From an uncultured Faecalibacterium sp. (GTDB lineage Bacteria; Bacillota; Clostridia; Oscillospirales; Acutalibacteraceae): 64,000 nt of DNA. A program made the position numbers and the translations under genes. The stretch spans positions 211 to 64,210 of the forward strand of contig CAZTSC010000012.1 of the NCBI GenBank assembly GCA_964616655.1. The letters are read 5' to 3'. Position 1 is the stretch's first letter; each line of letters starts with the position of its first letter. Shown here piece by piece: positions 21,222 to 30,906 of the stretch. The notes beneath the pieces are model-generated. The model ran no database searches. It worked only from the letters and a program-made list of their open reading frames with translations, and was not told where the DNA came from.

Positions 21222-22598
21222 TCAGTATTCCACGTTGGGGAGCTTTTCAAAGCTTTTAGCAAGCTCATCATCAGTGGGAACATAGTCGGTCATCTTGCCA
21301 TCATGGAACTTTTCGTATGCAAACATATCGAAATATCCCGTTCCGGTCAAGCCGAATACGATCGTCTTTTCTTCACCCGTTTCCTTACATTTGATAGCCT
21401 CATCAAGTGCTACTTTTATAGCGTGACTACTTTCGGGAGCAGGAAGAATACCTTCAATTCTTGCGAAATACTCAGCCGCTTCAAAGACAGATGTCTGAGG
21501 GACTGAGATAGCCTCCATATATCCGTCATGATAAAGTTGCGAGAGAGTTGAACTCATGCCATGATAGCGAAGTCCTCCGGCATGATTGGGAGCCGGAATA
21601 AATCCACTGCCGAGAGTATACATCTTAGCAAGTGGACAAACCATACCGGTATCGCAGTAATCATATGCGAACTTGCCTCTAGTGAAACTTGGACATGAAG
21701 CCGGCTCAACAGCTATGATTCTGTAGTCAGCTTTGCCTAAAATCTTGTCACGCATGAAAGGAGCGATGAGACCGCCTAAATTAGATCCGCCTCCTGCACA
21801 ACCGATGATGATATCGGGAGTAATACCATATTTGTCGAGAGCCACTTGAGTTTCAAGTCCTATAACTGACTGATGCAGCATAACCTGATTAAGAACACTG
21901 CCCAAAACATAACGGTAGCCTTCGGTTTTGGTCGCCTTTTCAACAGCTTCGGATATTGCACAGCCTAAGCTTCCACCGGTGCCCGGATGTTCTGCAAGTA
22001 TTTTCTTTCCAACCTCGGTTTCCATTGACGGTGACGGTGTTACAGATGCACCGTATGTACGCATAACTTCACGTCTGAACGGCTTTTGTTCATATGAGAC
22101 TTTAACCATATACACCTTACAATCAAGGCCGAAATATGAACAAGCCATGGAAAGAGCCGTGCCCCATTGACCTGCACCGGTTTCAGTTGTTACACCTTTA
22201 AGTCCCTGCTGCTTTGCATAATATGCTTGAGCGATGGCTGAATTGAGTTTATGACTTCCACTTGTATTGTTGCCTTCAAATTTGTAGTATATTTTTGCCG
22301 GAGTTCCGAGTTTTTTTTCGAGGCAGTAAGCTCTGACAAGCGGTGATGGGCGGTACATCTTATAAAAATCACGGATTTCTTGAGGAATCGGAAAATATGC
22401 TGTTGTATCGTCAAGTTCCTGTTTAATAAGTTCATCGCAGAAAACATTTTTAAGATCATCTGCGTTCATCAACTCGTGTGTTTCCGGATTGAGCAGGGGA
22501 GCCGGCTTATTTTTCATGTCGGCTCTGAGATTATACCAATACTTTGGCATCTCATTTTCTTCAAGGTAGATTTTGTAGGGGATTTTTTTCTCAGACAT
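21222..22598 (-). CDS. trpB: TrpB-like PLP enzyme (tryptophan synthase beta chain 2)
   Basis: The start at 22598 (MSEKKIPYK...) follows GGAGAC; the longer ORF-track start lies inside the T-box terminator. PLP-Lys context GSHKLNSA. ~458 aa, the long TrpB2 type. Confidence 0.85.
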   Translation of the reverse strand: MSEKKIPYKIYLEENEMPKYWYNLRADMKNKPAPLLNPETHELMNADDLKNVFCDELIKQELDDTTAYFPIPQEIRDFYKMYRPSPLVRAYCLEKKLGTPAKIYYKFEGNNTSGSHKLNSAIAQAYYAKQQGLKGVTTETGAGQWGTALSMACSYFGLDCKVYMVKVSYEQKPFRREVMRTYGASVTPSPSMETEVGKKILAEHPGTGGSLGCAISEAVEKATKTEGYRYVLGSVLNQVMLHQSVIGLETQVALDKYGITPDIIIGCAGGGSNLGGLIAPFMRDKILGKADYRIIAVEPASCPSFTRGKFAYDYCDTGMVCPLAKMYTLGSGFIPAPNHAGGLRYHGMSSTLSQLYHDGYMEAISVPQTSVFEAAEYFARIEGILPAPESSHAIKVALDEAIKCKETGEEKTIVFGLTGTGYFDMFAYEKFHDGKMTDYVPTDDELAKSFEKLPNVEY

Positions 22599-22624
22599 GG
22601 TTATGTCTCCTTTCTTTTGGGGAC

Positions 22625-22920
22625 AGAATATAAAAAGACTCCCGTCCCACAACAAATTGATAAATTTGCCGGGACAGGAGTAATAATTCCTGCGGTGCCA
22701 CCCTGCTTGACACAATATATTTTGTGTCCACTCAGCGCGTACATATAATACGCCGACTTTTGATTACGGAGAGCTTACTCCGTCGCACATACTCCGAAAA
22801 AAATTCGTTTCCGATTGCCCTTGGAAGTCCATTCGATCTTTTCTTTTTCTGCCATGCTTCCACCACACATAGCTCTCTGTGAGAATAGTGTTAAGATATA
22901 CTTACTCTTCCTCATCGGTT
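22625..22920 (-). promoter_or_regulatory. T-box leader with a Trp (UGG) specifier
   Basis: Read on the minus strand: stem I start AACCGATGAGGAAGAGTAAG; AGAGAG distal motif; specifier context GAA-UGG-A (UGG at 22829-22831); T-box sequence GGGTGGCACCGCAGG (around 22691-22704); terminator CTCCTGTCCC...GGGACGGGAG plus a U-tract (22630-22680). Confidence 0.85.
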
Positions 22921-22926
22921 TGGCTC

Positions 22927-22955
22927 ATTATAATACTTGATTTTTTTCTTGTCAA
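22927..22955 (-). promoter_or_regulatory. Consensus promoter of the T-box leader
   Basis: On the minus strand: TTGACA (22955-22950), 17 nt, TATAAT (22932-22927). Confidence 0.7.
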
Positions 22956-23003
22956 CCCTTTTTTTGAAAAAAACCGAAAAATTTAGCAATTTAAAGTGAG
23001 ATA

Positions 23004-23573
23004 TCAGAAGTTGATAATGCCCAAGTGTTCAAGTAATATCTTCAGACCTATAAGAATTAATATAACACCGCCGACAATTTCTGCTTTGCTTTTATATTTC
23101 ACGCCGAAGATATTGCCGACTTTAAGGCCGACAGCGGAGAGAAAGAACGTGACGACTCCGATAAAGCTGACGGCTGCAACTATATTGACATCAGGAAGCA
23201 GTGCAAATGTTATTCCGACAGCCAAAGCATCAATGCTTGTTGCAACTGCAAGCACGATCATCGTTTTAAACGAGAAAGAGGGATCGACATTTTCTTCATC
23301 TTTTGATAATCCTTCACGAAGCATATTTCCGCCTATTATTGAAAGCAAAATAAAGGCAACCCAATGGTCAAAAGAAGTTATATACTGTTCAAAGGTTGAA
23401 CCGAGGAAATAGCCTATAAGAGGCATGAGTGCCTGAAATCCGCCGAACCAAGCACCGATTATAAAATAATGCTTAGTTTTAAGCGTTTGTGTTGAAAGCC
23501 CTTTACAAACTGAAACAGTGAATGCGTCCATAGAAAGCCCGATTGCAAGTAAAAGTAATTCAAAAATTCCCAT
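23004..23573 (-). CDS. mntP: Manganese efflux pump MntP
   Basis: 189 aa. [21 protein letters not shown] is the typical MntP/DUF204 start. Preceded by a yybP-ykoY leader. Confidence 0.85.
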   Translation of the reverse strand: MGIFELLLLAIGLSMDAFTVSVCKGLSTQTLKTKHYFIIGAWFGGFQALMPLIGYFLGSTFEQYITSFDHWVAFILLSIIGGNMLREGLSKDEENVDPSFSFKTMIVLAVATSIDALAVGITFALLPDVNIVAAVSFIGVVTFFLSAVGLKVGNIFGVKYKSKAEIVGGVILILIGLKILLEHLGIINF

Positions 23574-23585
23574 TTAAACTTCCTC

Positions 23586-23745
23586 CAAAAAAATATCAGG
23601 TACTTGCCGTACCTGAAAAGAAAATCCCAAGCACAGCAAAGCTATACTTGAGTCTCGTTATTTAAGACAAGCCAGATGTTTAACATCAGTCTGTTGACTT
23701 GCCACTTGAAAAATCAAGCTATCTACTCCCTCAAAGCTATTACAG
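23586..23745 (-). promoter_or_regulatory. yybP-ykoY (Mn2+) riboswitch
   Basis: On the minus strand: GAGGGAGTAG...AAGTCAACAG...TTGTCTTAAATAACGAGAC, then terminator caggtacggcaagtacctg plus T7 immediately before the mntP RBS. Confidence 0.8.
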
Positions 23746-23856
23746 ATTATCACATATTCAGGAAAATGTCAAGGAAGTTATAATGAAATAATAGGTTTTA
23801 ATTTATTAAACACATTTGAAGATTTTCTTGGTGGCAGCGATGACATTTTAAGAGTG

Positions 23857-23935
23857 CAGCGAAGGCTTGGCACCTCCTCGCACTTCGTTGCTCGGAGGTA
23901 CACACGCCTTCGCTGTCCGCCCACTACGTGGGCGG
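23857..23935 (+). repeat. GC-rich composite hairpin repeat, copy B
   Basis: CAGCGAAGGC-TTGGCAC-[CTCC..GGAG]-GTACACAC-GCCTTCGCTG, then CCGCCCAC-TAC-GTGGGCGG. Confidence 0.8.
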
Positions 23936-23957
23936 GGTTCAACCTAAAAGATTTTAG

Positions 23958-23986
23958 TTGACATATTTTCGTTAATGTAGTAGAAT
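23958..23986 (+). promoter_or_regulatory. Promoter of the TIGR00266-family gene
   Basis: TTGACA (23958-23963), 17 nt, TAGAAT (23981-23986). Confidence 0.6.
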
Positions 23987-24028
23987 TAGTTACGACTTAA
24001 GTCAATACAAAAAAGGAGATGTTTCATT

Positions 24029-24712
24029 ATGAAATATAAAATTGAAGGAACACCGCTTCCTATTGTTATATGTGAGCTTGAGAATGGCGAAAGAATGATA
24101 ACTGAAAGCGGAAGTATGAGCTGGATGAGTCCGAATATGAAAATGGAAACATCAAGCAATGGCGGAATGAAAAGAGCTTTAGGCAGAATGTTTGCCGGTG
24201 AATCTTTGTTTCAAAATATATATACGTCACAAGGCGGTCCCGGTATGATAGCATTTGCCGCAAGCTTTCCCGGTTCTATCCGTGCTATAGAGATTACACC
24301 GGACAGACCGCTTGTTGTACAAAAAAGTGCTTTTTTGGCAAGCGAAATGGGTGTTGAACTTTCTGTGTTCTTCCAAAAGCGCTTTAAAGCAGGCTTTTTC
24401 GGCGGCGAGGGCTTTATTATGCAAAAACTCTCAGGTAGCGGAACTGCTTTCATTGAAATAGATGGCTCTGTTGTGGAATATGATCTTGCTGAAGGTCAGC
24501 AGATTGTTGTTGACACCGGATATCTTGCCGCAATGGACGTTACTTGCAAGATGGACGTTGTATCTGTACCCGGAGTTAAAAATATGATTTTCGGTGGAGA
24601 GGGGATTTATAATACCGTTATATCAGGTCCGGGCAAGGTTATTCTCCAGACTATGCCGATAAGCAGGGTTGCCGCCACTCTTAATCCTTATATAGTGACA
24701 TCATCTAATTAA
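24029..24712 (+). CDS. TIGR00266 / AIM24-like family protein; function unknown
   Basis: 227 aa. The N-terminus MKYKIEGTPLPIV...GSMSWMSPNMKMET resembles the TIGR00266/DUF124 family. Confidence 0.55.
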   Translation: MKYKIEGTPLPIVICELENGERMITESGSMSWMSPNMKMETSSNGGMKRALGRMFAGESLFQNIYTSQGGPGMIAFAASFPGSIRAIEITPDRPLVVQKSAFLASEMGVELSVFFQKRFKAGFFGGEGFIMQKLSGSGTAFIEIDGSVVEYDLAEGQQIVVDTGYLAAMDVTCKMDVVSVPGVKNMIFGGEGIYNTVISGPGKVILQTMPISRVAATLNPYIVTSSN

Positions 24713-24715
24713 CAG

Positions 24716-24797
24716 AAAAAACCGATCGTGTTATACGGTCGGTTTTTATACATGAGAAGAACAGACTTAGGGTTACCCATAAGCCTGTTCTGTTTTT
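24716..24797. terminator. Two terminator hairpins between convergent genes
   Basis: aaaaaccgatcg...cggtcggttttt (24716-24747) and gaacag...ctgttc plus tgttttt (24759-24797). Confidence 0.7.
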
Positions 24798-26307
24798 ATA
24801 TTTCATAGTCATCGAGTACACGAGCTTTGTCAATGTCGATCCAAAACTCTACTCCATCAGGACGGTTTATAACACCGTAGTCGTTGCCGTGAAGTTCTTG
24901 TATTGATTTGACAAATGATAAGCCGAGTCCGAAACGTCCGGCGGCTCTGCTGTGAGCCTTGTCGGCACGGTAGAAACTGTCCCATATTCTGCCGATATCA
25001 TCATTAGAGATATTTTTGCCGCTGTTATAAACGCTGAAACGATATTTATTTCCTATATCTTTGCAGCATATAAGAATCAGCATAGTCCCGCTTACATGAC
25101 TTACGGCATTTGAAACATAGTTGTTTATAACTGTATCTATACTTGATATGTCGGCATATCCGTTGTATTCCGGATTAATATTTAAGCAAAGTGTTATGCC
25201 TTCCTCTTTGAGAAGCTTTATTCTCGGATTGAGAAGGCTTTCGGTTGCATATGAAATGTTGAAATTCTCTTTTTTCATTTTATGTCCGCCGCTTTCGTAC
25301 TGACACATTTCAAGAAGCTTTAAAACAAGAGAATTCATTTTCTGTGCTTCTTCCATTATAATATCGCAGTATTCCTCAATATCGACACCGTCAGTTATCC
25401 CAACCTTGAGACCTTCGGCGTACCCTTGAATAATCGAAATCGGAGTTTTTAGCTCATGAGAGGCATTTGAAATAAACTCATTCTTAGCTTTGTCAAGCTG
25501 CTGCTCGTTATATATATCTAATTGAAGCTGCTTATTTTTTTCTCTGAGATCGACAAGCGACATATCAAGTGCTGAAGAAAGATGATTTATGCTCTTTCCA
25601 AGTTCGTTTATCTCGTTAATAGTTGACTTAGGACACCTTTCGGAGAAGTCGAGTTGAGCCATTTTCTTTGTGACTTGATTGACCGTCAGTATCGGCTTGA
25701 TGTATAAGTGTTCATAAACGACAGGCACTAGAATTATAGCAACAAAAACAGCGGCGCAGATTATATTAATAAAGTCAATCGCAAGTTTTGCCGTACTTTC
25801 AACAACGTCAAGCGATTCGTATATTCTTACCGCAAAGAATTTGTCAACAACGCCGTTATAGCAAATATACTTTGCCGTACCCCTTATTTCCTGCTTTATA
25901 TCAAAATATGAACCGTCATCATTTTCGTCAGGCTTTTCAAGTGTTCTGATAAGCTTTTCTTCCATACTTCCGGAATTAAACTGTCCGCCGTAAAGATAGT
26001 TGTTGCTTCTGGTTGAATATATAGTTGTTTCTGTGATAAGAGAATATATTTCAATATATGCATTTGTGAGCGATTCAAGTTCGGAAATATCTTTGTAGTA
26101 ATCAGTGCTGAAAAGATCATATGTTTTGATCTGATCGGCAATATCACACATTTCCGATTTTGTTCGTTCAATAAACAACCTTTCGGTTGAAAAACTGTTT
26201 ATAGTTATTCCAAACACAGAAAATGCCAATGCAATAACAAGCGTCTGCAAAAACAGACGCTTGCGTATTCCCGATGGTTTTTCGGCAAGCTCTTTCAACT
26301 TACTCAT
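24796..26307 (-). CDS. Sensor histidine kinase
   Basis: Two TM segments with an extracytoplasmic domain, a HAMP-like linker, H-box SHELKTP and an HATPase region (GLGLSFV). Confidence 0.85.
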   Translation of the reverse strand: MSKLKELAEKPSGIRKRLFLQTLVIALAFSVFGITINSFSTERLFIERTKSEMCDIADQIKTYDLFSTDYYKDISELESLTNAYIEIYSLITETTIYSTRSNNYLYGGQFNSGSMEEKLIRTLEKPDENDDGSYFDIKQEIRGTAKYICYNGVVDKFFAVRIYESLDVVESTAKLAIDFINIICAAVFVAIILVPVVYEHLYIKPILTVNQVTKKMAQLDFSERCPKSTINEINELGKSINHLSSALDMSLVDLREKNKQLQLDIYNEQQLDKAKNEFISNASHELKTPISIIQGYAEGLKVGITDGVDIEEYCDIIMEEAQKMNSLVLKLLEMCQYESGGHKMKKENFNISYATESLLNPRIKLLKEEGITLCLNINPEYNGYADISSIDTVINNYVSNAVSHVSGTMLILICCKDIGNKYRFSVYNSGKNISNDDIGRIWDSFYRADKAHSRAAGRFGLGLSFVKSIQELHGNDYGVINRPDGVEFWIDIDKARVLDDYEI

Positions 26308-26989
26308 TTGTGCTGTCCTCGATCTTGTATCCTATACCGTATACGGTTTTAAGATGTTCGTTGCCCCATGCACCGAGCTTTGTACGAAGTCTAGCAACGT
26401 GTGAATCAACGGTTCTGACATCGCCAACATAGTCGTATCCCCAAATGCTGTCGAGAAGTTGTTCTCTGCTGTAGACACGACCGGGGTTTTCCATGAGCTT
26501 TTGAAGAATGTTATATTCTTTGAGAGTAAGCTCAAGTTCCTTACCGTTTAAATGTACCTCATGGGCTTCTTCGTTTATAACGAGATTGCATATGGCTTTT
26601 CCGGCTTTTGCCTTTAATGTACCCTCAGTTCTTCTTAAGAGAGCTTGAACTCTTTTCATCAGAACAGACGGGCTGAACGGTTTAGTTACATAGTCGTCTG
26701 CACCGGCCTCATAACCGGTTAATTCGTCAAATTCTTCACTTCTGGCTGTTAGAAGAATTATAGGCACATCTGAGGTTTCTCTGATTTTTCGACAAACTTC
26801 CCAACCGTTATATTCGGGCATCATTATGTCCAGTATCAGCATCGCTACGCTGCTTTGATATGTTTCGTATAATTCTAATGCTTGCTGACCGTCTTCGGCT
26901 TCAATCGGTTCAAAGCCTTCTTTTTTCAAAAAGTCGCCGACAAGCTTCCTTATACGCATTTCGTCATCGGCAACAATAATTTTTTTCAT
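26300..26989 (-). CDS. OmpR-family response regulator
   Basis: Receiver domain (ILDIMMP) and a C-terminal winged helix (VHVARLRTKLG...TVYGIGYK). 8-nt overlap with the kinase gene. Confidence 0.9.
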   Translation of the reverse strand: MKKIIVADDEMRIRKLVGDFLKKEGFEPIEAEDGQQALELYETYQSSVAMLILDIMMPEYNGWEVCRKIRETSDVPIILLTARSEEFDELTGYEAGADDYVTKPFSPSVLMKRVQALLRRTEGTLKAKAGKAICNLVINEEAHEVHLNGKELELTLKEYNILQKLMENPGRVYSREQLLDSIWGYDYVGDVRTVDSHVARLRTKLGAWGNEHLKTVYGIGYKIEDSTNE

Positions 26990-27122
26990 AAAATCACCAC
27001 CTGTATAATATTAACATATATAATATTTACAGACAAGCGTTTTTACAATGAATTTACAAATGCGGCAATTTAATGCAAAATTCACATTCGTTCAGATAGG
27101 TTTAAGCGAACGGCAATGCCAA

Positions 27123-27151
27123 GCGGCACGTCACAAAATGTGACGTGCCGC
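27123..27151. repeat. Perfect 13-bp GC-rich hairpin containing GCGGCAC
   Basis: gcggcacgtcaca-aaa-tgtgacgtgccgc in a divergent, ORF-free spacer. No U-tract on either strand. Confidence 0.6.
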
Positions 27152-27415
27152 AAAAGATGTAACCGCTAAAATGAAAACTGCTTTTGCAATTTAGCTCTTG
27201 CTTTATTTTTCAAATTAGTCTATGATTACATCATGCAGAGAGTTTGTCGTACGCTCCCTGCGGAAGCTGAATTAATCAGCCATGTCAGCATTTATCCGGA
27301 GCTTTTCCGCATAAATACCATGCAGAAAAAGCTCGGCAAACGCTTATTTATCGACCTTTATCTGCTGACAATATTATAGACACAAAACACGGATTTAAAC
27401 ATTAAATTTTAGGAA

Positions 27416-28030
27416 ATGAGTGGAAAAATGGACTACGAATTTGAAAAAAAGGCAATTAGCGATGGATTTAAGACCGTCTGCGGAGTTGATGAGGCGGGGA
27501 GGGGGCCGCTAGCAGGTCCGGTTTGTGCTGCGGCGGTGATATTGCCGATCGACTGTGAAATCGAGGGCTTAAACGATTCAAAAAAGTTGAGTGAAAAAAA
27601 GAGAGATGTGCTTTACGATATAATTAAAGATAAAGCCGTGGCTTATTCGATAGCTATGGTTGACGAAAAAACGATTGATGAAATAAATATTCTTCAAGCT
27701 ACGTTTGAGGCTATGCGTCAGGCAATCGGAGGGCTTGAGATTAAGCCGGATATAGCTTTGATTGACGGCAATCAAAAGCCGTGTTCGGGAATTGAGGAAC
27801 AAACGATAGTCAAGGGTGATGCGAAGTCCATGTCAATAGCCGCAGCCTCTATTTTAGCTAAAGTCACAAGGGATAGATTCATGCTTGAACTTGACGAAAA
27901 GTATCCTGAATATCAGTTTAAAAAACACAAGGGCTATGGAACAAAGCTTCACTATGAATGTATAGAAAAATACGGTGTTTCTCCGGTACACCGAGTCACT
28001 TTCTTAAAGAAATTTTTCGATAAACGGTGA
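27416..28030 (+). CDS. rnhB: Ribonuclease HII
   Basis: GVDEAGRGPLAGPV active-site motif. An alternative ATG lies at 27428. Confidence 0.9.
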   Translation: MSGKMDYEFEKKAISDGFKTVCGVDEAGRGPLAGPVCAAAVILPIDCEIEGLNDSKKLSEKKRDVLYDIIKDKAVAYSIAMVDEKTIDEINILQATFEAMRQAIGGLEIKPDIALIDGNQKPCSGIEEQTIVKGDAKSMSIAAASILAKVTRDRFMLELDEKYPEYQFKKHKGYGTKLHYECIEKYGVSPVHRVTFLKKFFDKR

Positions 28031-28034
28031 GAAT

Positions 28035-28406
28035 ATGATAGGGAATAAAAAAGGCCATATAGGTGAAAACTTTGCAAGCGAATTTTTAAGAAAACAAGGC
28101 TATAATATTGTCAAGGAAAATTATACCGACAGATATGGTGAAATAGATATAATAGCCGAAAAAGACGGATATATTGTTTTTGCCGAAGTCAAAGCCAGAA
28201 AAACAGGTTCACTTGTCGGTGCAAGCGAGGCGGTGACACCGGATAAACAAAAGAAGATCATCAAAGCTTCACTTAAGTTTCTTCAAACGCTTGACAGAGA
28301 ATTACAGCCTAGATATGACGTTATAGCGATAGAACTTTCAGGTGAAAAAGTTTGTTCCGTCAAGCATATTAAATCTGCCTTCGATGCGGAGGGATTCTTC
28401 ATATAA
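28035..28406 (+). CDS. yraN: YraN family (UPF0102) endonuclease-like protein
   Basis: 123 aa with GEIDIIA...VFAEVK; conserved position downstream of rnhB. Confidence 0.8.
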   Translation: MIGNKKGHIGENFASEFLRKQGYNIVKENYTDRYGEIDIIAEKDGYIVFAEVKARKTGSLVGASEAVTPDKQKKIIKASLKFLQTLDRELQPRYDVIAIELSGEKVCSVKHIKSAFDAEGFFI

Positions 28407-28482
28407 ATACCTGATTTGCATATGATTTATCAGATGACTGCTCAATGAAGTCAGCTTCAGATTTTATGCTCAGGAGGCTTTT

Positions 28483-29349
28483 ATGAAATATTTTGATCTT
28501 CACTGTGACAGCTTGACGAAGTGCTTTAATTCTCATGATTGTCTAAATTCAAATTCAAACCACATATCGTTCGATAAAGCAAGAGTGTTTGAGAATTGGT
28601 CGCAGTTTTTTGCCGTTTTTATTCCGGATACTTTCTCCGATGAATATGCCGAAACTTATTTTTTAAACTGCACTTCCTATTTCAAAGACCAACTTTCCGA
28701 CAGTAGAGTTCATGCGTACCTGACTGTTGAAAACTGCGGATTTATAAGAAGTGCCGATGAAGTCGGTCTGTTAAAGAATAAAGGAGTTGTCGCAACTTCG
28801 CTGACATGGAACGCAGACAACAAACTAGCCTGTGGTTGTCACACAAAAAACGATACGGGACTGACTCAACTCGGCTTTGATGTTTTATCTCAACTTAAAA
28901 AAAGCGGAATTTTAGTTGATGTTTCACACGCAAGCGAAAAGACGTTTTGGGATATAGCCGAAAATTCTAATCTACCGTTTATTGCATCTCATTCAAACTG
29001 TTATGAAATAAGACGGTCAAAACGAAATCTTAAAAACGAACAGATATCTTGCATCATAGAGCGAGGCGGTCTTATCGGCTTGACTTTTTGCAGAAGTTTT
29101 CTGCCTCTTGACAGACCTCTTTTTGAGGGAATATATGAAAATATCGAACATATAGTGTCGCGTGGCGGAGAAAATAATGTCTGCATAGGAAGCGATTTTG
29201 ACGGCTGCTTTATACCTCAATGTATTGATTCTATAGAAAAAGTTGTGGATCTATATGACTTTTTACGCTATAGAGGAATCAAAACGGAGCGTTTAGACAA
29301 AATTTTCTTCGATAATGCGCAAAATTTTGCAAATAAGTATTTGCAATAG
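28483..29349 (+). CDS. Membrane dipeptidase family (peptidase M19) protein
   Basis: The N-terminal DLHCD metal-binding motif and overall layout fit M19. Confidence 0.65.
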   Translation: MKYFDLHCDSLTKCFNSHDCLNSNSNHISFDKARVFENWSQFFAVFIPDTFSDEYAETYFLNCTSYFKDQLSDSRVHAYLTVENCGFIRSADEVGLLKNKGVVATSLTWNADNKLACGCHTKNDTGLTQLGFDVLSQLKKSGILVDVSHASEKTFWDIAENSNLPFIASHSNCYEIRRSKRNLKNEQISCIIERGGLIGLTFCRSFLPLDRPLFEGIYENIEHIVSRGGENNVCIGSDFDGCFIPQCIDSIEKVVDLYDFLRYRGIKTERLDKIFFDNAQNFANKYLQ

Positions 29350-29400
29350 CTTTAAATTGTGATAAAATACTATTGATTTTTCAAATTGGAGGAATGTTAT

Positions 29401-30897
29401 ATGCTTTACACAAGCACAAGAGACAATAGTGTCAGAGTTTCATCTGCTCAAGCTATCGTTCAGGGCATATCAAAAGACGGAGGATTATTTGTTCCGACCG
29501 AGATACCCAAGATAGATGCTGACTTTATAAACGAGCTTTCTTCACTCGACTATATTTCAAGGGCAAAGAAGGTGCTTTCTCTCTATTTGACCGATTTCAC
29601 CGATTCTGAACTTGATGAGTGCGTTAACGGAGCATATAAAGAGGGCAAATTTAACAGCAAGGCCGTAGTGCCGCTTGTTAAATATAATGACGATGCAGAT
29701 ATTCTCGAACTTTGGAGGGGCCCGACTTGTGCGTTTAAAGATGTTGCACTTCAGCTATTACCGTACCTTCTTACAGCTTCGGTTAAAAAGACAGTTGACG
29801 GAAAAACCATTGTTATTCTTGTTGCCACATCGGGTGATACCGGAAAAGCGGCACTCGAAGGTTTCAAAAATGTTCCGGGTACAAAAATAATGGTATTTTA
29901 TCCGAGTGACGGTGTAAGCCCTATGCAGAAATTGCAGATGGCCACACAAGAGGGCGACAATGTCAGCGTTTGTGCAATAAACGGAAATTTTGATGATGCT
30001 CAAAACGGAGTCAAGGCTATTTTTACAGATAAAGCTGTCGCCGAGAAACTTAGTGAGAATAATATGATGTTTTCATCGGCAAACTCAATAAACTGGGGCA
30101 GACTTGTTCCTCAAATAGTATATTATATCTCGGCTTATTGCGATATGATGAATGAGGGCAGAATAGAGAACGGCGATGAGATCAATATTGTTGTTCCGAC
30201 AGGAAACTTTGGAAATATCCTTGCCGCATATTACGCAAAGAGAATGGGACTTCCCGTTAAAAAACTTATATGTGCATCAAATGCGAACAATGTTTTGACA
30301 GACTTTATAAATAGCGGTACATATGATAAAAACAGAAAGTTTTACCTGACGACTTCTCCGTCAATGGATATTCTTATTTCAAGCAATCTTGAAAGACTTC
30401 TGTTCCATCTTTGCGGTGAAAATGATGAAACTGTCAGAGGTCTTATGTCCTCGCTTTCAAATGACGGCAAATACACGGTCGATGACAGCACTTTTAAGGC
30501 TCTGACCGAAATGTTTGACGCAGGATGCTGTGACGATGTTCAGGCTGCCGATACTATAAATAAAACGTACAAATCCGGTTATCTTCTTGACACGCATACG
30601 GCTGTCGCAGTCAATGTCTACGATGCTTATGTTGAAAGAACCGGAGACCACACTCCGACTGTTATCGCCTCGACAGCTAATCCTTATAAATTCTCCGCTG
30701 CTGTACTCAAAGCTGTGGCAGGTGAGGGAGCAATAAACGGTCTTGACGAGTTTGAACAGGTTTCAAAGCTTATCGAAACCGCAAACGTACCGTGTCCGCC
30801 GCAACTTGCCGATCTTAAGTCAAAGAAAATCAGATTTACAGATTGCTGTGAAAAAGAGGACATGGCAAATGCAGTATATAAAATGTTAGGTATATGA
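29401..30897 (+). CDS. thrC: Threonine synthase
   Basis: ATG at 29401, 9 nt after GGAGG. MLYTSTRDN start and PLP-Lys context TCAFKDVALQ. Confidence 0.9.
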   Translation: MLYTSTRDNSVRVSSAQAIVQGISKDGGLFVPTEIPKIDADFINELSSLDYISRAKKVLSLYLTDFTDSELDECVNGAYKEGKFNSKAVVPLVKYNDDADILELWRGPTCAFKDVALQLLPYLLTASVKKTVDGKTIVILVATSGDTGKAALEGFKNVPGTKIMVFYPSDGVSPMQKLQMATQEGDNVSVCAINGNFDDAQNGVKAIFTDKAVAEKLSENNMMFSSANSINWGRLVPQIVYYISAYCDMMNEGRIENGDEINIVVPTGNFGNILAAYYAKRMGLPVKKLICASNANNVLTDFINSGTYDKNRKFYLTTSPSMDILISSNLERLLFHLCGENDETVRGLMSSLSNDGKYTVDDSTFKALTEMFDAGCCDDVQAADTINKTYKSGYLLDTHTAVAVNVYDAYVERTGDHTPTVIASTANPYKFSAAVLKAVAGEGAINGLDEFEQVSKLIETANVPCPPQLADLKSKKIRFTDCCEKEDMANAVYKMLGI

Positions 30898-30906
30898 GGT
30901 GATTGA

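Noticed and set aside
22599-22715. Longer ORF-track start (MCQAGWHRRN...) for the trpB2 gene
   Set aside because: This stretch is the T-box antiterminator/terminator region. The conserved TrpB2 N-terminus begins at MSEKKIPYK and has its own RBS.
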